Source of the DNA: Fibrobacteria bacterium
GTDB taxonomy: Bacteria; Fibrobacterota; Fibrobacteria; UBA11236; JADFYW01
Assembly: GCA_050294405.1 (NCBI GenBank)
Contig: JBNKOC010000024.1
Coordinates: forward strand, 32,001 to 96,000
Reading direction: 5' to 3'
DNA length: 64,000 nt
Part shown: positions 38,666 through 47,465 of the stretch, one piece after another
Layout of the letters: every line of letters starts with the position of its first letter
How positions within the stretch are numbered: position 1 is the first letter of the stretch
Program-made: the position numbers and the translations under genes
Notes under the pieces: model-generated
Seen by the model: only the letters and a program-made list of their open reading frames with translations
Told to the model about the DNA's origin: nothing
Database searches by the model: none

Positions 38666-40510
38666 ATGAAAAACCGTCAAAACAAACTAAAACTGGCCTT
38701 TTTAATTGTAGCAGGCTTAGCTATTTCAGGTTGCTTTTTTGGAGGAAAACAAGCCCAGAAGTCTGTAGAAACCGAAACCGAGCAAAATACACCAAGTGAA
38801 AATGGTCCCCGGGAATTGGAATTGGAGTTAGAAAAGGAGCAATTGGTAGATAATGAGGTGGATACCGAGGAATTGGTATCCGAACCTGATATCATTTCGC
38901 CTCCCCATGTTAGTGCGGAAGAAAAATCCGAACCTCAAAAAATGGAGCTTGCCCCAGTGGAAAACCAAGCTGCCACATCCAGAGTATTTGCCAAACAAAA
39001 GGCCAGTAGAATGATGGCATATTCTCCGGACGGGTATTATCCAGCCCCTCCCATTTACGAGCAGCCCAATTCGGAAAGTTATGCGGAAATACAAGAAAAC
39101 CAATTTAAAAACCCCTTGAACAACCCACTATCCACCTTTAGTGCCGATGTGGATAGAGCTTCTTACGGCTTGGTACGACGCTGGTTAAACAACCACCAAT
39201 TGCCACCAGTGGATGCGGTTCGTTCCGAAGAGCTTCTCAATTACTTTGATTACAAATACAAAGCTCCCAGAGGCTCCGACCCTGTGTCCATAAATCTGGA
39301 AGCCGGGAGGGCCCCATGGAATCCGAACCATCAATTGGTGCATATTGGAATTAAGGCTAAGGAAATTGATTTAAAAAGCGCTCCCGCCAATAATCTGGTT
39401 TTTTTGATTGATGTATCCGGAAGCATGAATAGCCCTAACAAGTTGGAATTGCTAAAAAAATCGTTTCGCCTGCTGGTGGGGCAAATGCGGGATAAAGACC
39501 ATGTTAGTATCGCCGTATACGCCGGTGCTGCGGGATGTGTGCTCTCCCCTACTTCTGGAAAAGAAAAGGCCAAAATACTCCAAGCCCTGGATAATCTGCA
39601 AGCAGGTGGCAGCACCGCAGGTGGAGCCGGTTTAAAATTGGCCTACTCCATGGCCGGTGATTCTTTTATAAAAGGTGGAAACAACAGGGTTATTCTTGCC
39701 ACAGATGGTGATTTTAATGTGGGCTTATCCAGTGATAAGGATATGGAAAGACTGATTACTGAAAAAAGAAACAAGGGTGTTTTCTTAAGCGTAATGGGTT
39801 TTGGCATGGGCAATTACAAGGATTCCAAAATGGAAATTCTGGCAGATAAAGGAAATGGAAATTACGCCTACATCGACAACATTCTGGAAGCCAAAAAGGT
39901 TTTTGTGAAAGAATTTGGAGGCACCCTTTACACCGTAGCAAAAGATGTAAAGTTGCAGGTAGAGTTTAATCCAGATTGGGTGCAATCCTATCGGTTAATC
40001 GGATACGAAAACAGGGCCCTTAAAGATGAAGATTTTAACAACGACAAAAAAGATGCCGGAGAAATGGGAGCCGGACACAGCGTGACCGCTCTTTATGAAA
40101 TTATCCCCCACGGCGCTGAGTCTTCCTTTAATGTGGACCCACTTAAATACCAAAAGCCCGAAATAAAGAAAAACACAAAAATAAACCCCGAAATGCTCAC
40201 CGTTAAGGTTAGATACAAACATCCCGAAAAAAACAAAAGCCAGCTTATAAGCCGCGTGTTAAAAGGCAAAGAAGCGCAAAAAGAAAATGACGGAGAAAAC
40301 TTTAGCTGGAGCTCTGCGGTGGCTGGTTTTTCCATGCTGCTTCGAAAATCCGACTATGTGCAGGACTTAACCTTTGACAAGATTATAGCCATGGCCAAAA
40401 AAGCTCAGGGAGAAGATAAAAATGGCTACCGTCAGGAATGTATCCGGTTAATGGAAACCGCAAAAACACTTACAGAAGCTGTGGAAGTGGGTGTCAAAAA
40501 CACTCCTTAA
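38666..40510 (+). CDS. YfbK-like von Willebrand factor A domain lipoprotein (vWF_A N-terminal + vWA + DUF3520-like)
   Basis: Lipobox ISGC; PLSTFSADVDRASY, MIDAS motif DVSGS, ILATDGDFNVG, YRLIGYENR and DAGEMGAGHSVTALYEI. Confidence 0.9.
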   Translation: MKNRQNKLKLAFLIVAGLAISGCFFGGKQAQKSVETETEQNTPSENGPRELELELEKEQLVDNEVDTEELVSEPDIISPPHVSAEEKSEPQKMELAPVENQAATSRVFAKQKASRMMAYSPDGYYPAPPIYEQPNSESYAEIQENQFKNPLNNPLSTFSADVDRASYGLVRRWLNNHQLPPVDAVRSEELLNYFDYKYKAPRGSDPVSINLEAGRAPWNPNHQLVHIGIKAKEIDLKSAPANNLVFLIDVSGSMNSPNKLELLKKSFRLLVGQMRDKDHVSIAVYAGAAGCVLSPTSGKEKAKILQALDNLQAGGSTAGGAGLKLAYSMAGDSFIKGGNNRVILATDGDFNVGLSSDKDMERLITEKRNKGVFLSVMGFGMGNYKDSKMEILADKGNGNYAYIDNILEAKKVFVKEFGGTLYTVAKDVKLQVEFNPDWVQSYRLIGYENRALKDEDFNNDKKDAGEMGAGHSVTALYEIIPHGAESSFNVDPLKYQKPEIKKNTKINPEMLTVKVRYKHPEKNKSQLISRVLKGKEAQKENDGENFSWSSAVAGFSMLLRKSDYVQDLTFDKIIAMAKKAQGEDKNGYRQECIRLMETAKTLTEAVEVGVKNTP

Positions 40511-40536
40511 AGCAGCAGCCTCCTTTTGTGAAAACT

Positions 40537-40564
40537 TGCCCTCGGATTTCCCGGGGGCATTTTT
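40537..40564. terminator. Probable bidirectional terminator between convergent genes
   Basis: TGCCCTCGG-ATTTC-CCGGGGGCA hairpin flanked by A and T runs. Confidence 0.55.
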
Positions 40565-41705
40565 AATTGAATGCGGTTATATAGGATAAATTTAGGAGCC
40601 TAAATTCATTTTTAAAAATATTCGGGTCGCCATCTATGTTTGATATAACATACGGAATACGGGCGTCATCTATCCAAGGATTTTGCCAGCCGATATATTG
40701 AGTCGAAGAATTAAGAGAGTTAACATAAAAGACCTCTTGAGTTCCGACTTTTAGTAATTCTAAATTACGATCGCTATAATCCGTAAAATATCGTAGCCAT
40801 TTTCCCGATGGCGAAATAATAACAAGATGACCAAATCCCCCACCCGCATAATCGGGAACCCAAATTTCGGATACCACTCCCTGAGAGGTTCGAGAATTTT
40901 GAGTAATGTTGGAAACGTCCAATTTGGCTGCCCTAACCCTTCCATCTTCTTCCGCCGTTAGAAATATTTGATGTTCCCCAATCCAAGTGCTTGAAAAAGA
41001 CATATTCCATCGTGGATTTTCATCTGAGTTGTTAATATGCGCCACAAACTTTTCGGAAGTTGTCAGATTAATAAGGTATAAGGTGTCAGATACACCCATT
41101 ACAACTTTTCCAGCTCTGTATGCAAGCCATTTTCCCGAAGGAGAAACTGGTTTAAGACCGTATAAATGTCCTAGTTCATCTGGAAGCTCTATATCGAGGA
41201 CATCCTCCTCATAGCTTGATACCTGCCCTCCTACAATCGAACTTACATTTAAAATATGGTAAGCAAATTTTTGAAATACTATTTGAGTGGACAGAAAAAA
41301 GATTTTATCAGCTCCAATCCATTGAAAAGAATGATAACTTACAACATCAGGATTAGGATTTGTAAATGGCACATATACTTTTTGCGATTCCACATTGAAT
41401 AGAATTAAACTATCTTCCGTTGGGGTTGGATTCCAAATAAAGGCCCATTTTCCTGAGGAGGAAAACCTTGGAGCTTTAATGTCACCCATATAAAATCCTG
41501 GTGATGATTCTAACCAATCTGGTGTCCAATATTCAGAATCATCAAAATCATTTTTAATCACTTCTGTTGAGATATACTGTCCTTCTAGAATATTCTGCTC
41601 AGGTTCAGCACTTTGGATGCAAGCATTAAATAGACTGGGCAAAATCAACATGAAAATAAACCATATCTTTAAATTCACGAAAATGATGCCCCCCGCATTA
41701 TTCAT
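40563..41705 (-). CDS. Hypothetical lipoprotein with three internal TolB/beta-propeller-like repeats
   Basis: FNAC lipobox; repeats FSSSGKW / VSPSGKW / ISPSGKW, each followed by WIGADKI / WIGEHQI / WIDDARI. Confidence 0.6.
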   Translation of the reverse strand: MNNAGGIIFVNLKIWFIFMLILPSLFNACIQSAEPEQNILEGQYISTEVIKNDFDDSEYWTPDWLESSPGFYMGDIKAPRFSSSGKWAFIWNPTPTEDSLILFNVESQKVYVPFTNPNPDVVSYHSFQWIGADKIFFLSTQIVFQKFAYHILNVSSIVGGQVSSYEEDVLDIELPDELGHLYGLKPVSPSGKWLAYRAGKVVMGVSDTLYLINLTTSEKFVAHINNSDENPRWNMSFSSTWIGEHQIFLTAEEDGRVRAAKLDVSNITQNSRTSQGVVSEIWVPDYAGGGFGHLVIISPSGKWLRYFTDYSDRNLELLKVGTQEVFYVNSLNSSTQYIGWQNPWIDDARIPYVISNIDGDPNIFKNEFRLLNLSYITAFN

Positions 41706-42294
41706 AGGTAACGATTACAGTATCCAAGGCTACGCTGTTGTTAAAATCCCAAACTTTGGCTATTAGTAAATTTTTCCCTTTAGCGAACCCCTCTATTTGC
41801 GCTTCCCACCAATAATGATGAAATGGAATTTCAATGTCATTTAACGTTAGTTTAGCGATTCCCCCCGGCCCTGTTGCGTAACCAAATAATGTGATGCTCG
41901 GATTAAAAACCCCTAATTTATATTCAAGAGTATCCACAGTTACTTCATCTGGACCGTTAATACCACTAAGCAGCAATATTACCGGATCAAGACTGTTATA
42001 AATTCTATCTCGAATTTCAATTATATCAAGGCTGCCAGAATTGTTCCAACTAGTATCGTAAATATCCGAACTGTAGTCAGCAAAAAGACCTACAAATCTT
42101 GCGTAGCTTACCGTATCTCTTATTACCAGCTCAGAATCGATATTTAATATTTTAACCGAAAGCTTTTTTGGATTGTAAATCGTGATATCTTCAGCTTGTT
42201 CTTTAGGAGCCGTTGTTCCAGATTCAGAAAAATTACATTGGCAAAAGATTATACTTGCAATGGCAGATGTTAGAATTTTACCAAAAACTTTCAT
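41698..42294 (-). CDS. Hypothetical lipoprotein with an Ig-like C-terminus
   Basis: Signal ending IIFCQC; GKNLLIAKVWD...DTVIVTY is typical of Ig-like beta-sandwiches. Confidence 0.55.
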   Translation of the reverse strand: MKVFGKILTSAIASIIFCQCNFSESGTTAPKEQAEDITIYNPKKLSVKILNIDSELVIRDTVSYARFVGLFADYSSDIYDTSWNNSGSLDIIEIRDRIYNSLDPVILLLSGINGPDEVTVDTLEYKLGVFNPSITLFGYATGPGGIAKLTLNDIEIPFHHYWWEAQIEGFAKGKNLLIAKVWDFNNSVALDTVIVTYE

Positions 42295-43196
42295 TACTCC
42301 GCTATCTGCTTTTCAATATTGTTGATATAATGCTTGTCCCGGTGCTGGGGCAAATTACCCAGGAAGGCGTTTTTAACCCCATCTTCCTTGCCCACTACGT
42401 CCCGCCAAAACTCAGTCACAAAAGTGACATTGGCCGCCTCTTCGCATACATAATGGTACGAACTGGAATCTTCCAGGACCAGAGCCCCGCCAGCATGCTG
42501 GTAAGGAGCGTCAATAGCCGTGACAAAAGATAAGGGAGGCACAAAAGCCACCGGATCGCTTCCATTTACAACCCGTAATAAATTAACATCCCGGAACTTT
42601 TCCACTCCGTCCCGGTTGGTGATTTTGGGCTGGCCAAATGTTATGGTTTGGTTGAGCTTGTACCCATCCACCGTCAGATAATAACTTAACATCACCGCAA
42701 GAGCCCCTCCTAAACTGTGACCCGTAATGGAGACTGGCACATCTTTGTCCAATAAAGGCAAAATCCCCCCATACAATTCCTGAGTGGCCTTGTAAAAACC
42801 CTTGTGCACATATATACCCAGTTTTTCATCTGGAGTTTTGGTGTATTGAGCGTCAGTCAAAATAGAACGCCATTGTTCCACCACAGTTCCCCGGATAGCC
42901 ACAATCTGCTGGGATTTTGCCGAGTCCATCAAAAGCACGGCCTGTCCTGCGGTTTGGGGCATATCCAATAGCGTGATGTTATATAGGCTATCGTATTCCT
43001 CCCAGATTCTTGCCGAATCCCAATAGGCCATTCTCGCAAAGCGGGCCTTTTCCGCCAGCTCCTTAAAATCAAATTTGGGCTGTTTGTCGTCGGAAAACTC
43101 ACATAAAATTTGAGGGGCTACAGTACATTGGCTAAGCATTAGCACAAAGCCTAAACCCACGAGCAGCTTTCCCAATAATCTTCTTTCAAATATCAT
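42294..43196 (-). CDS. Lipase class 3 family lipoprotein
   Basis: VAIRGT, VHKGF, ITGHSLGGALA, TFGQPK, DPVAFVPP and YQHAG; LSQC lipobox. Confidence 0.9.
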   Translation of the reverse strand: MIFERRLLGKLLVGLGFVLMLSQCTVAPQILCEFSDDKQPKFDFKELAEKARFARMAYWDSARIWEEYDSLYNITLLDMPQTAGQAVLLMDSAKSQQIVAIRGTVVEQWRSILTDAQYTKTPDEKLGIYVHKGFYKATQELYGGILPLLDKDVPVSITGHSLGGALAVMLSYYLTVDGYKLNQTITFGQPKITNRDGVEKFRDVNLLRVVNGSDPVAFVPPLSFVTAIDAPYQHAGGALVLEDSSSYHYVCEEAANVTFVTEFWRDVVGKEDGVKNAFLGNLPQHRDKHYINNIEKQIAE

Positions 43197-43365
43197 AATA
43201 ATGCATCCTTGCTAAAGGCAAATTTAAAGCAATAAAACGCATAAACTAAATTTTTTCCGAAGCGGTGGTTAAAAAAATAAAATTCGTATAGTTATCGCCG
43301 AAAATTCACCTTTATTTATAGGGTAAGGGGCTAAATTTTAAGAACACATTTTAAAGGTTTTTTTT

Positions 43366-44181
43366 ATGCTTCTTTCCTTATTCAGAAATTTCCAATTAGT
43401 CTTGTTTATTTTATCTTCCTTTGGGATATCAAGCCCCCTTTATTCTGCCACTTGTTCCGATGACTTTGCCGCCGACAGTCTCATGGAAAGCTGGATTTTT
43501 GTGGACAACACCGACAACGACGACGCCCATTACCAAATTGAAAATTCCAGCCTCCATCTATTCGCCCGGGGCGCCGATGTTTACAACGACAGAAATTTTT
43601 TCGCTGGAATTATGCGCAGCGATATTGAGGGAGACTTTGATGTATCTGTAAAAATCATCAGTCAGGATAAAATCCACCCCTGGTCTCAAGCAGGCATATT
43701 AATGGCCAATAATTTGGAGGATCTCAGTGAAGGGGGATACGCCTTTATATCAGTTTCCGAAGAAAACGGAGCCCGCTACTTCTGGGATTCGGAAGGCAGT
43801 GTTGGAACTACAGACAAAAATCTGGGAGATTCCGGCCCCATAACCTATCCAATTTGGATTCGACTGGAAAAAATGGGAGATAAGGTAAACAGCTATTACA
43901 AACAAGACAGCCCCGACGATTGGACGGAAATTGTAACGGACAATAGTCCCCAAATGTTAGGGGAAAATTCCCATATTGCCCTTTATAGTTTTAGCCACGA
44001 CGAAAACCAAACCGGAGAAGTGGTTTTTGATGACTTTAACTGCCTTCATGGAGAATTTGAAGTGAGCATTCAAAGCTTTTACAATCCTTTGAAACCAAAG
44101 CGAAATTTTTCCCTGGAACAGTTTCGTTTGGATGGAAAAATTATTCAAGAAATATTTCCAACAATCAAAAATCGTTTTTAA
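43366..44181 (+). CDS. Secreted concanavalin-like (DUF1349/beta-xylosidase C-terminal-like) domain protein with a short basic tail
   Basis: Signal peptide; GADV, GDFDVSVKI, WSQAGIL, PIWIRLEKMG and VVFDDF. Confidence 0.65.
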   Translation: MLLSLFRNFQLVLFILSSFGISSPLYSATCSDDFAADSLMESWIFVDNTDNDDAHYQIENSSLHLFARGADVYNDRNFFAGIMRSDIEGDFDVSVKIISQDKIHPWSQAGILMANNLEDLSEGGYAFISVSEENGARYFWDSEGSVGTTDKNLGDSGPITYPIWIRLEKMGDKVNSYYKQDSPDDWTEIVTDNSPQMLGENSHIALYSFSHDENQTGEVVFDDFNCLHGEFEVSIQSFYNPLKPKRNFSLEQFRLDGKIIQEIFPTIKNRF

Positions 44182-44350
44182 AAAATTTTAATTGTTGAAC
44201 TAATTAAAAATAGAATTTAGATTTTATAGGAATTCTAGATTTTTACTTGGCCTGCGTTTAAATAACAACTCATAAATAGATTTTTGGGATATCCGAAAAT
44301 TGACGATTACCACTTGCCTATTTGTGATTTTTCTAATAAAAGGAGTTACC

Positions 44351-44932
44351 ATGCTTAGAAGCCTATGCCGCCCAGTTTTTGGAATGGCCGCTTTTTGCGC
44401 CTTTGCCCTTTCCAGTTATGCCCTACCCATTGTTTTGCAAGATACCCAGGACATTTTTCAAATGACCTTTGAAAACGATGACTATTTCTCAATCAATCCT
44501 GTGGGCGCTACCCCTGGTTACAGCCTGGATATTTACTCTGGCGGAGAGTCCGCGGCTATTGCCATTACCTTGGCCATGCGCGATGCCACCAATGCTCTGG
44601 AAGATTTGGTGTTTGTTTTCGAATACACCAGTGCCGATCCCTATTTTCCAGGTCCACATAATCCCGGTGATATATTGGAATTCAGCGATGCCAATAGCTT
44701 TTCCACAGCCACTGTTAATGGCGATGGCATCATGAACGGCTTTGATCATTTAAACCTTACTTTAGAAGTGGGCCCTTCTCGTGAAGAAAGCTTTTACGCC
44801 ACTTTGACCATGTATAGTGATCCTATTGGACCCGATCCATCAGCAGTACCTGAGCCTGCTTCTGCGGCTTTGTTTGGATTTCCCTTACTTGCAGTGGGAT
44901 TTCGCAAACTAAAGCGCAAAATCAAAGGGTAA
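44351..44932 (+). CDS. PEP-CTERM sorting-domain protein
   Basis: AGGAG RBS before ATG 44351; signal peptide; C-terminal VPEPASAALFGFPLLAVGFRKLKRK. Confidence 0.85.
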   Translation: MLRSLCRPVFGMAAFCAFALSSYALPIVLQDTQDIFQMTFENDDYFSINPVGATPGYSLDIYSGGESAAIAITLAMRDATNALEDLVFVFEYTSADPYFPGPHNPGDILEFSDANSFSTATVNGDGIMNGFDHLNLTLEVGPSREESFYATLTMYSDPIGPDPSAVPEPASAALFGFPLLAVGFRKLKRKIKG

Positions 44933-44962
44933 CTTTTAGCCGTCCTGTCGCGAGGATAAAGC

Positions 44963-46009
44963 CTAGCGATTAATCGCTGGGCTGAAACTCCATCGACCTA
45001 ATACATCATGTTGGTTTTGAATTAAAATATTGTTATTCAAAATTGAGATTTGATTTATTAGTTGCATTTGCCTTGTAACTTGCTTCGAAAAACCAATAGA
45101 AGTGGTTGTATCGCCTTTGGATTGCATAAAAGCCCATTTTGCCACCAACGGATTGTGGGCAGCATTGATCCATCCAGCCCCATGATCCCCGCCATTTAAC
45201 AATAAAAACAAATACTTCTCTCCAGCTTCAATGGCGCTATTTACCTCCTCATAAGAGGGACTGGAATTGTTGAAAATAACATCCTCAGGCTGAGTTCCTC
45301 CCTGAAGGGCATTGCGCCATGCTCCCGGAGAATTTATGGAGGAATTGCTGGTGATTCTGAGCACTGGGTAATTGTGATTTTCCAGAGCGGTGGCCATGCG
45401 CACCAACGCCCCCCCATTATTATCGTTGGAGCCATGATGGTGCCAAATCGGAGTTTTGGCGTGCAACTCAATTTTTGTGCTGTCTCCCCCGGCCGCCGTG
45501 GGCACTGCTGCCGCCCAAAAATCAGGGGCAAACTCCAACAAATGATAAGTACCGGAGCCCCCTATGGAAAAGCCGGTAATTATAAAGCGGTTGGTATCCA
45601 GAGAGTAATTGCTTTTTAGCTCTTCAACTGTTTCCAGTACTGCTTTTCCGGCATCGGAAAGGCTACCTGTGGAAGCACCCATTCCTCCCCATGTTCCTGT
45701 GGGACACTGGGGCAACATAATAAAATGCGGCACTCTGGCCTGTATGCTATCCTCTATCCAGGGGTGGGCCTGATCAAAATTGTTCACGGCATTTATGTAT
45801 TCCACATTGGCATCGCCAAGCCCATGCAGGGACACCACCAGGGGATAAGTATTATCAGGATTGTAATTTTCGGGAACAAATAAAAGATACTTAAGCTCAA
45901 TTCCAACGCTGGTTTGGAAACTAAGATCTTCCATACGGTCGCTTTCGCGGCTCCCCTGCCCCCAAATATTTGAATATAAAAGAATAAAAAATATTCCTAA
46001 AATTTTCAT
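44963..46009 (-). CDS. Secreted alpha/beta-hydrolase (carboxylesterase/CE1-like)
   Basis: YLLFVP...YPLVVSLHG, PQCP, nucleophile TGFSIGG, HGSND and DHGAGW. Start set at MKILG, which follows an AGGA. Confidence 0.8.
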   Translation of the reverse strand: MKILGIFFILLYSNIWGQGSRESDRMEDLSFQTSVGIELKYLLFVPENYNPDNTYPLVVSLHGLGDANVEYINAVNNFDQAHPWIEDSIQARVPHFIMLPQCPTGTWGGMGASTGSLSDAGKAVLETVEELKSNYSLDTNRFIITGFSIGGSGTYHLLEFAPDFWAAAVPTAAGGDSTKIELHAKTPIWHHHGSNDNNGGALVRMATALENHNYPVLRITSNSSINSPGAWRNALQGGTQPEDVIFNNSSPSYEEVNSAIEAGEKYLFLLLNGGDHGAGWINAAHNPLVAKWAFMQSKGDTTTSIGFSKQVTRQMQLINQISILNNNILIQNQHDVLGRWSFSPAINR

Positions 46010-46169
46010 AACAATTTCCTTTCGATACAACATAGATATTGCTTTAAAACAAAATTTGCGCCCAGAATTTGCACTTTCCAGCTTTTAAATCGAATTAGGG
46101 GTGATTCAATTTGTCGCTAAAAACTGATACTATAAATATAACCCATAAAGAAATTTTGAACAGGTAAAA

Positions 46170-47282
46170 TCAGGGAACTAATATTTTTTTTAGTTTTTTT
46201 CCGCCATTTTCTTTAACCTCCACCAGATATAACCCCGGCTTAAATGAGAAAGAATGGTTTGCCGGAGCAAGAGCATATCTTGACAATAGCTTCTCACCAT
46301 TTACGGAATATATATGAAGCTCGTTAAGCTCAATATTACTTATGCTAACATTGATCTTTTGTTTTTCTGTGAAAATGCGCGTCTTAGAAGTCAAATCTGA
46401 GCTGCGAATAGCAAGATTTTCACATTTTGTGCTGTCTTCAAATTTGGCATCGGGATTGTAGTCCACAAAACTGCTATCTTTACAACCCCAGTTTTCCTCC
46501 TCGCAGGAACCGTTGTCATCCAGTACCCAGCCCAGGTTTTCCACCTCTTCCCTATCGTAACGCGGGGAATTGGGGTCTGAACATCCGGCGGCGAGTTTGA
46601 TGTTTTTAAAAGACAAATGGCCCATGTAGACTTCCATTCCAAAGCGGCCAGTAATTTGGGAAGAGTGGTCGTAATCAATACCCGTAATCCAGTCTTCTTC
46701 CCCGGTTTGCCGATACCAGGTTCTAAAATTATTCCCGTTAACGGCGATTCTCAAATCAATCCAATCGTTTTTATCGGCAATGCCGTTGTATTCATCGGGT
46801 GAGTGCTGCATCCAAAAGCCGCAATTGTTGCAAATCAGGCAGCCAATATGTTGACCATCCATTTCCACTTCCATGCCTTCAATATTCGGAGTACCAATTT
46901 CCAAATCCCGGCCTTGTTCATTAACATCAGATTCCTGAGTGCCGCCCGGACGGCCCAATATGTAAATACCTCCATTATTATTTCCGTTAAGACCCTCGTG
47001 GATTTTGTAACTAATATCAAATGTGCCCTCGGTAAAAACCCTTTTATACCAAATGGAGCCTACGGCCGGTTCACCATCATCGTAAACTGTTATAGAGGAA
47101 TCTTCTAAAAACCAGGTAGAAACATCATCGTCTTTAACCAACCACTCGGGAAACATATCGGGCCCTTTAGTGGAATCGTAGGCGCCATCCCACATTGGTT
47201 CCCAAGTGATTTTAGAAAAACCTGGCTGAATCAATAACATAATAAAAAGGCTTAGGGCGATAATTAGTTTAGGTTTTTTCAT
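46170..47282 (-). CDS. Secreted DUF1080-like (3-keto-disaccharide hydrolase fold) protein with Cys-motif linkers and a T9SS-like CTD
   Basis: NGGIY, GMEVEM, DWIDLRI and GRFGME...SFKNIKL resemble DUF1080; tail IYSVNGEK...KPGLYLV. Confidence 0.65.
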   Translation of the reverse strand: MKKPKLIIALSLFIMLLIQPGFSKITWEPMWDGAYDSTKGPDMFPEWLVKDDDVSTWFLEDSSITVYDDGEPAVGSIWYKRVFTEGTFDISYKIHEGLNGNNNGGIYILGRPGGTQESDVNEQGRDLEIGTPNIEGMEVEMDGQHIGCLICNNCGFWMQHSPDEYNGIADKNDWIDLRIAVNGNNFRTWYRQTGEEDWITGIDYDHSSQITGRFGMEVYMGHLSFKNIKLAAGCSDPNSPRYDREEVENLGWVLDDNGSCEEENWGCKDSSFVDYNPDAKFEDSTKCENLAIRSSDLTSKTRIFTEKQKINVSISNIELNELHIYSVNGEKLLSRYALAPANHSFSFKPGLYLVEVKENGGKKLKKILVP

Positions 47283-47465
47283 AAAGGCTAAGTTCGTTTT
47301 AAAGGATAGATTGAAGTGAAATTTCCAGTATAAAATCTAAGAAGTTTAAAGAGTAAAAATTTAAAAACGTCCTTTGTTAAAATGATTTTAAAGAAATTTC
47401 GGGGACAGAATACTTTAGTATAATATTGCTGAATTTTATGAAATATTCAGATCAAAAAAGATGAC

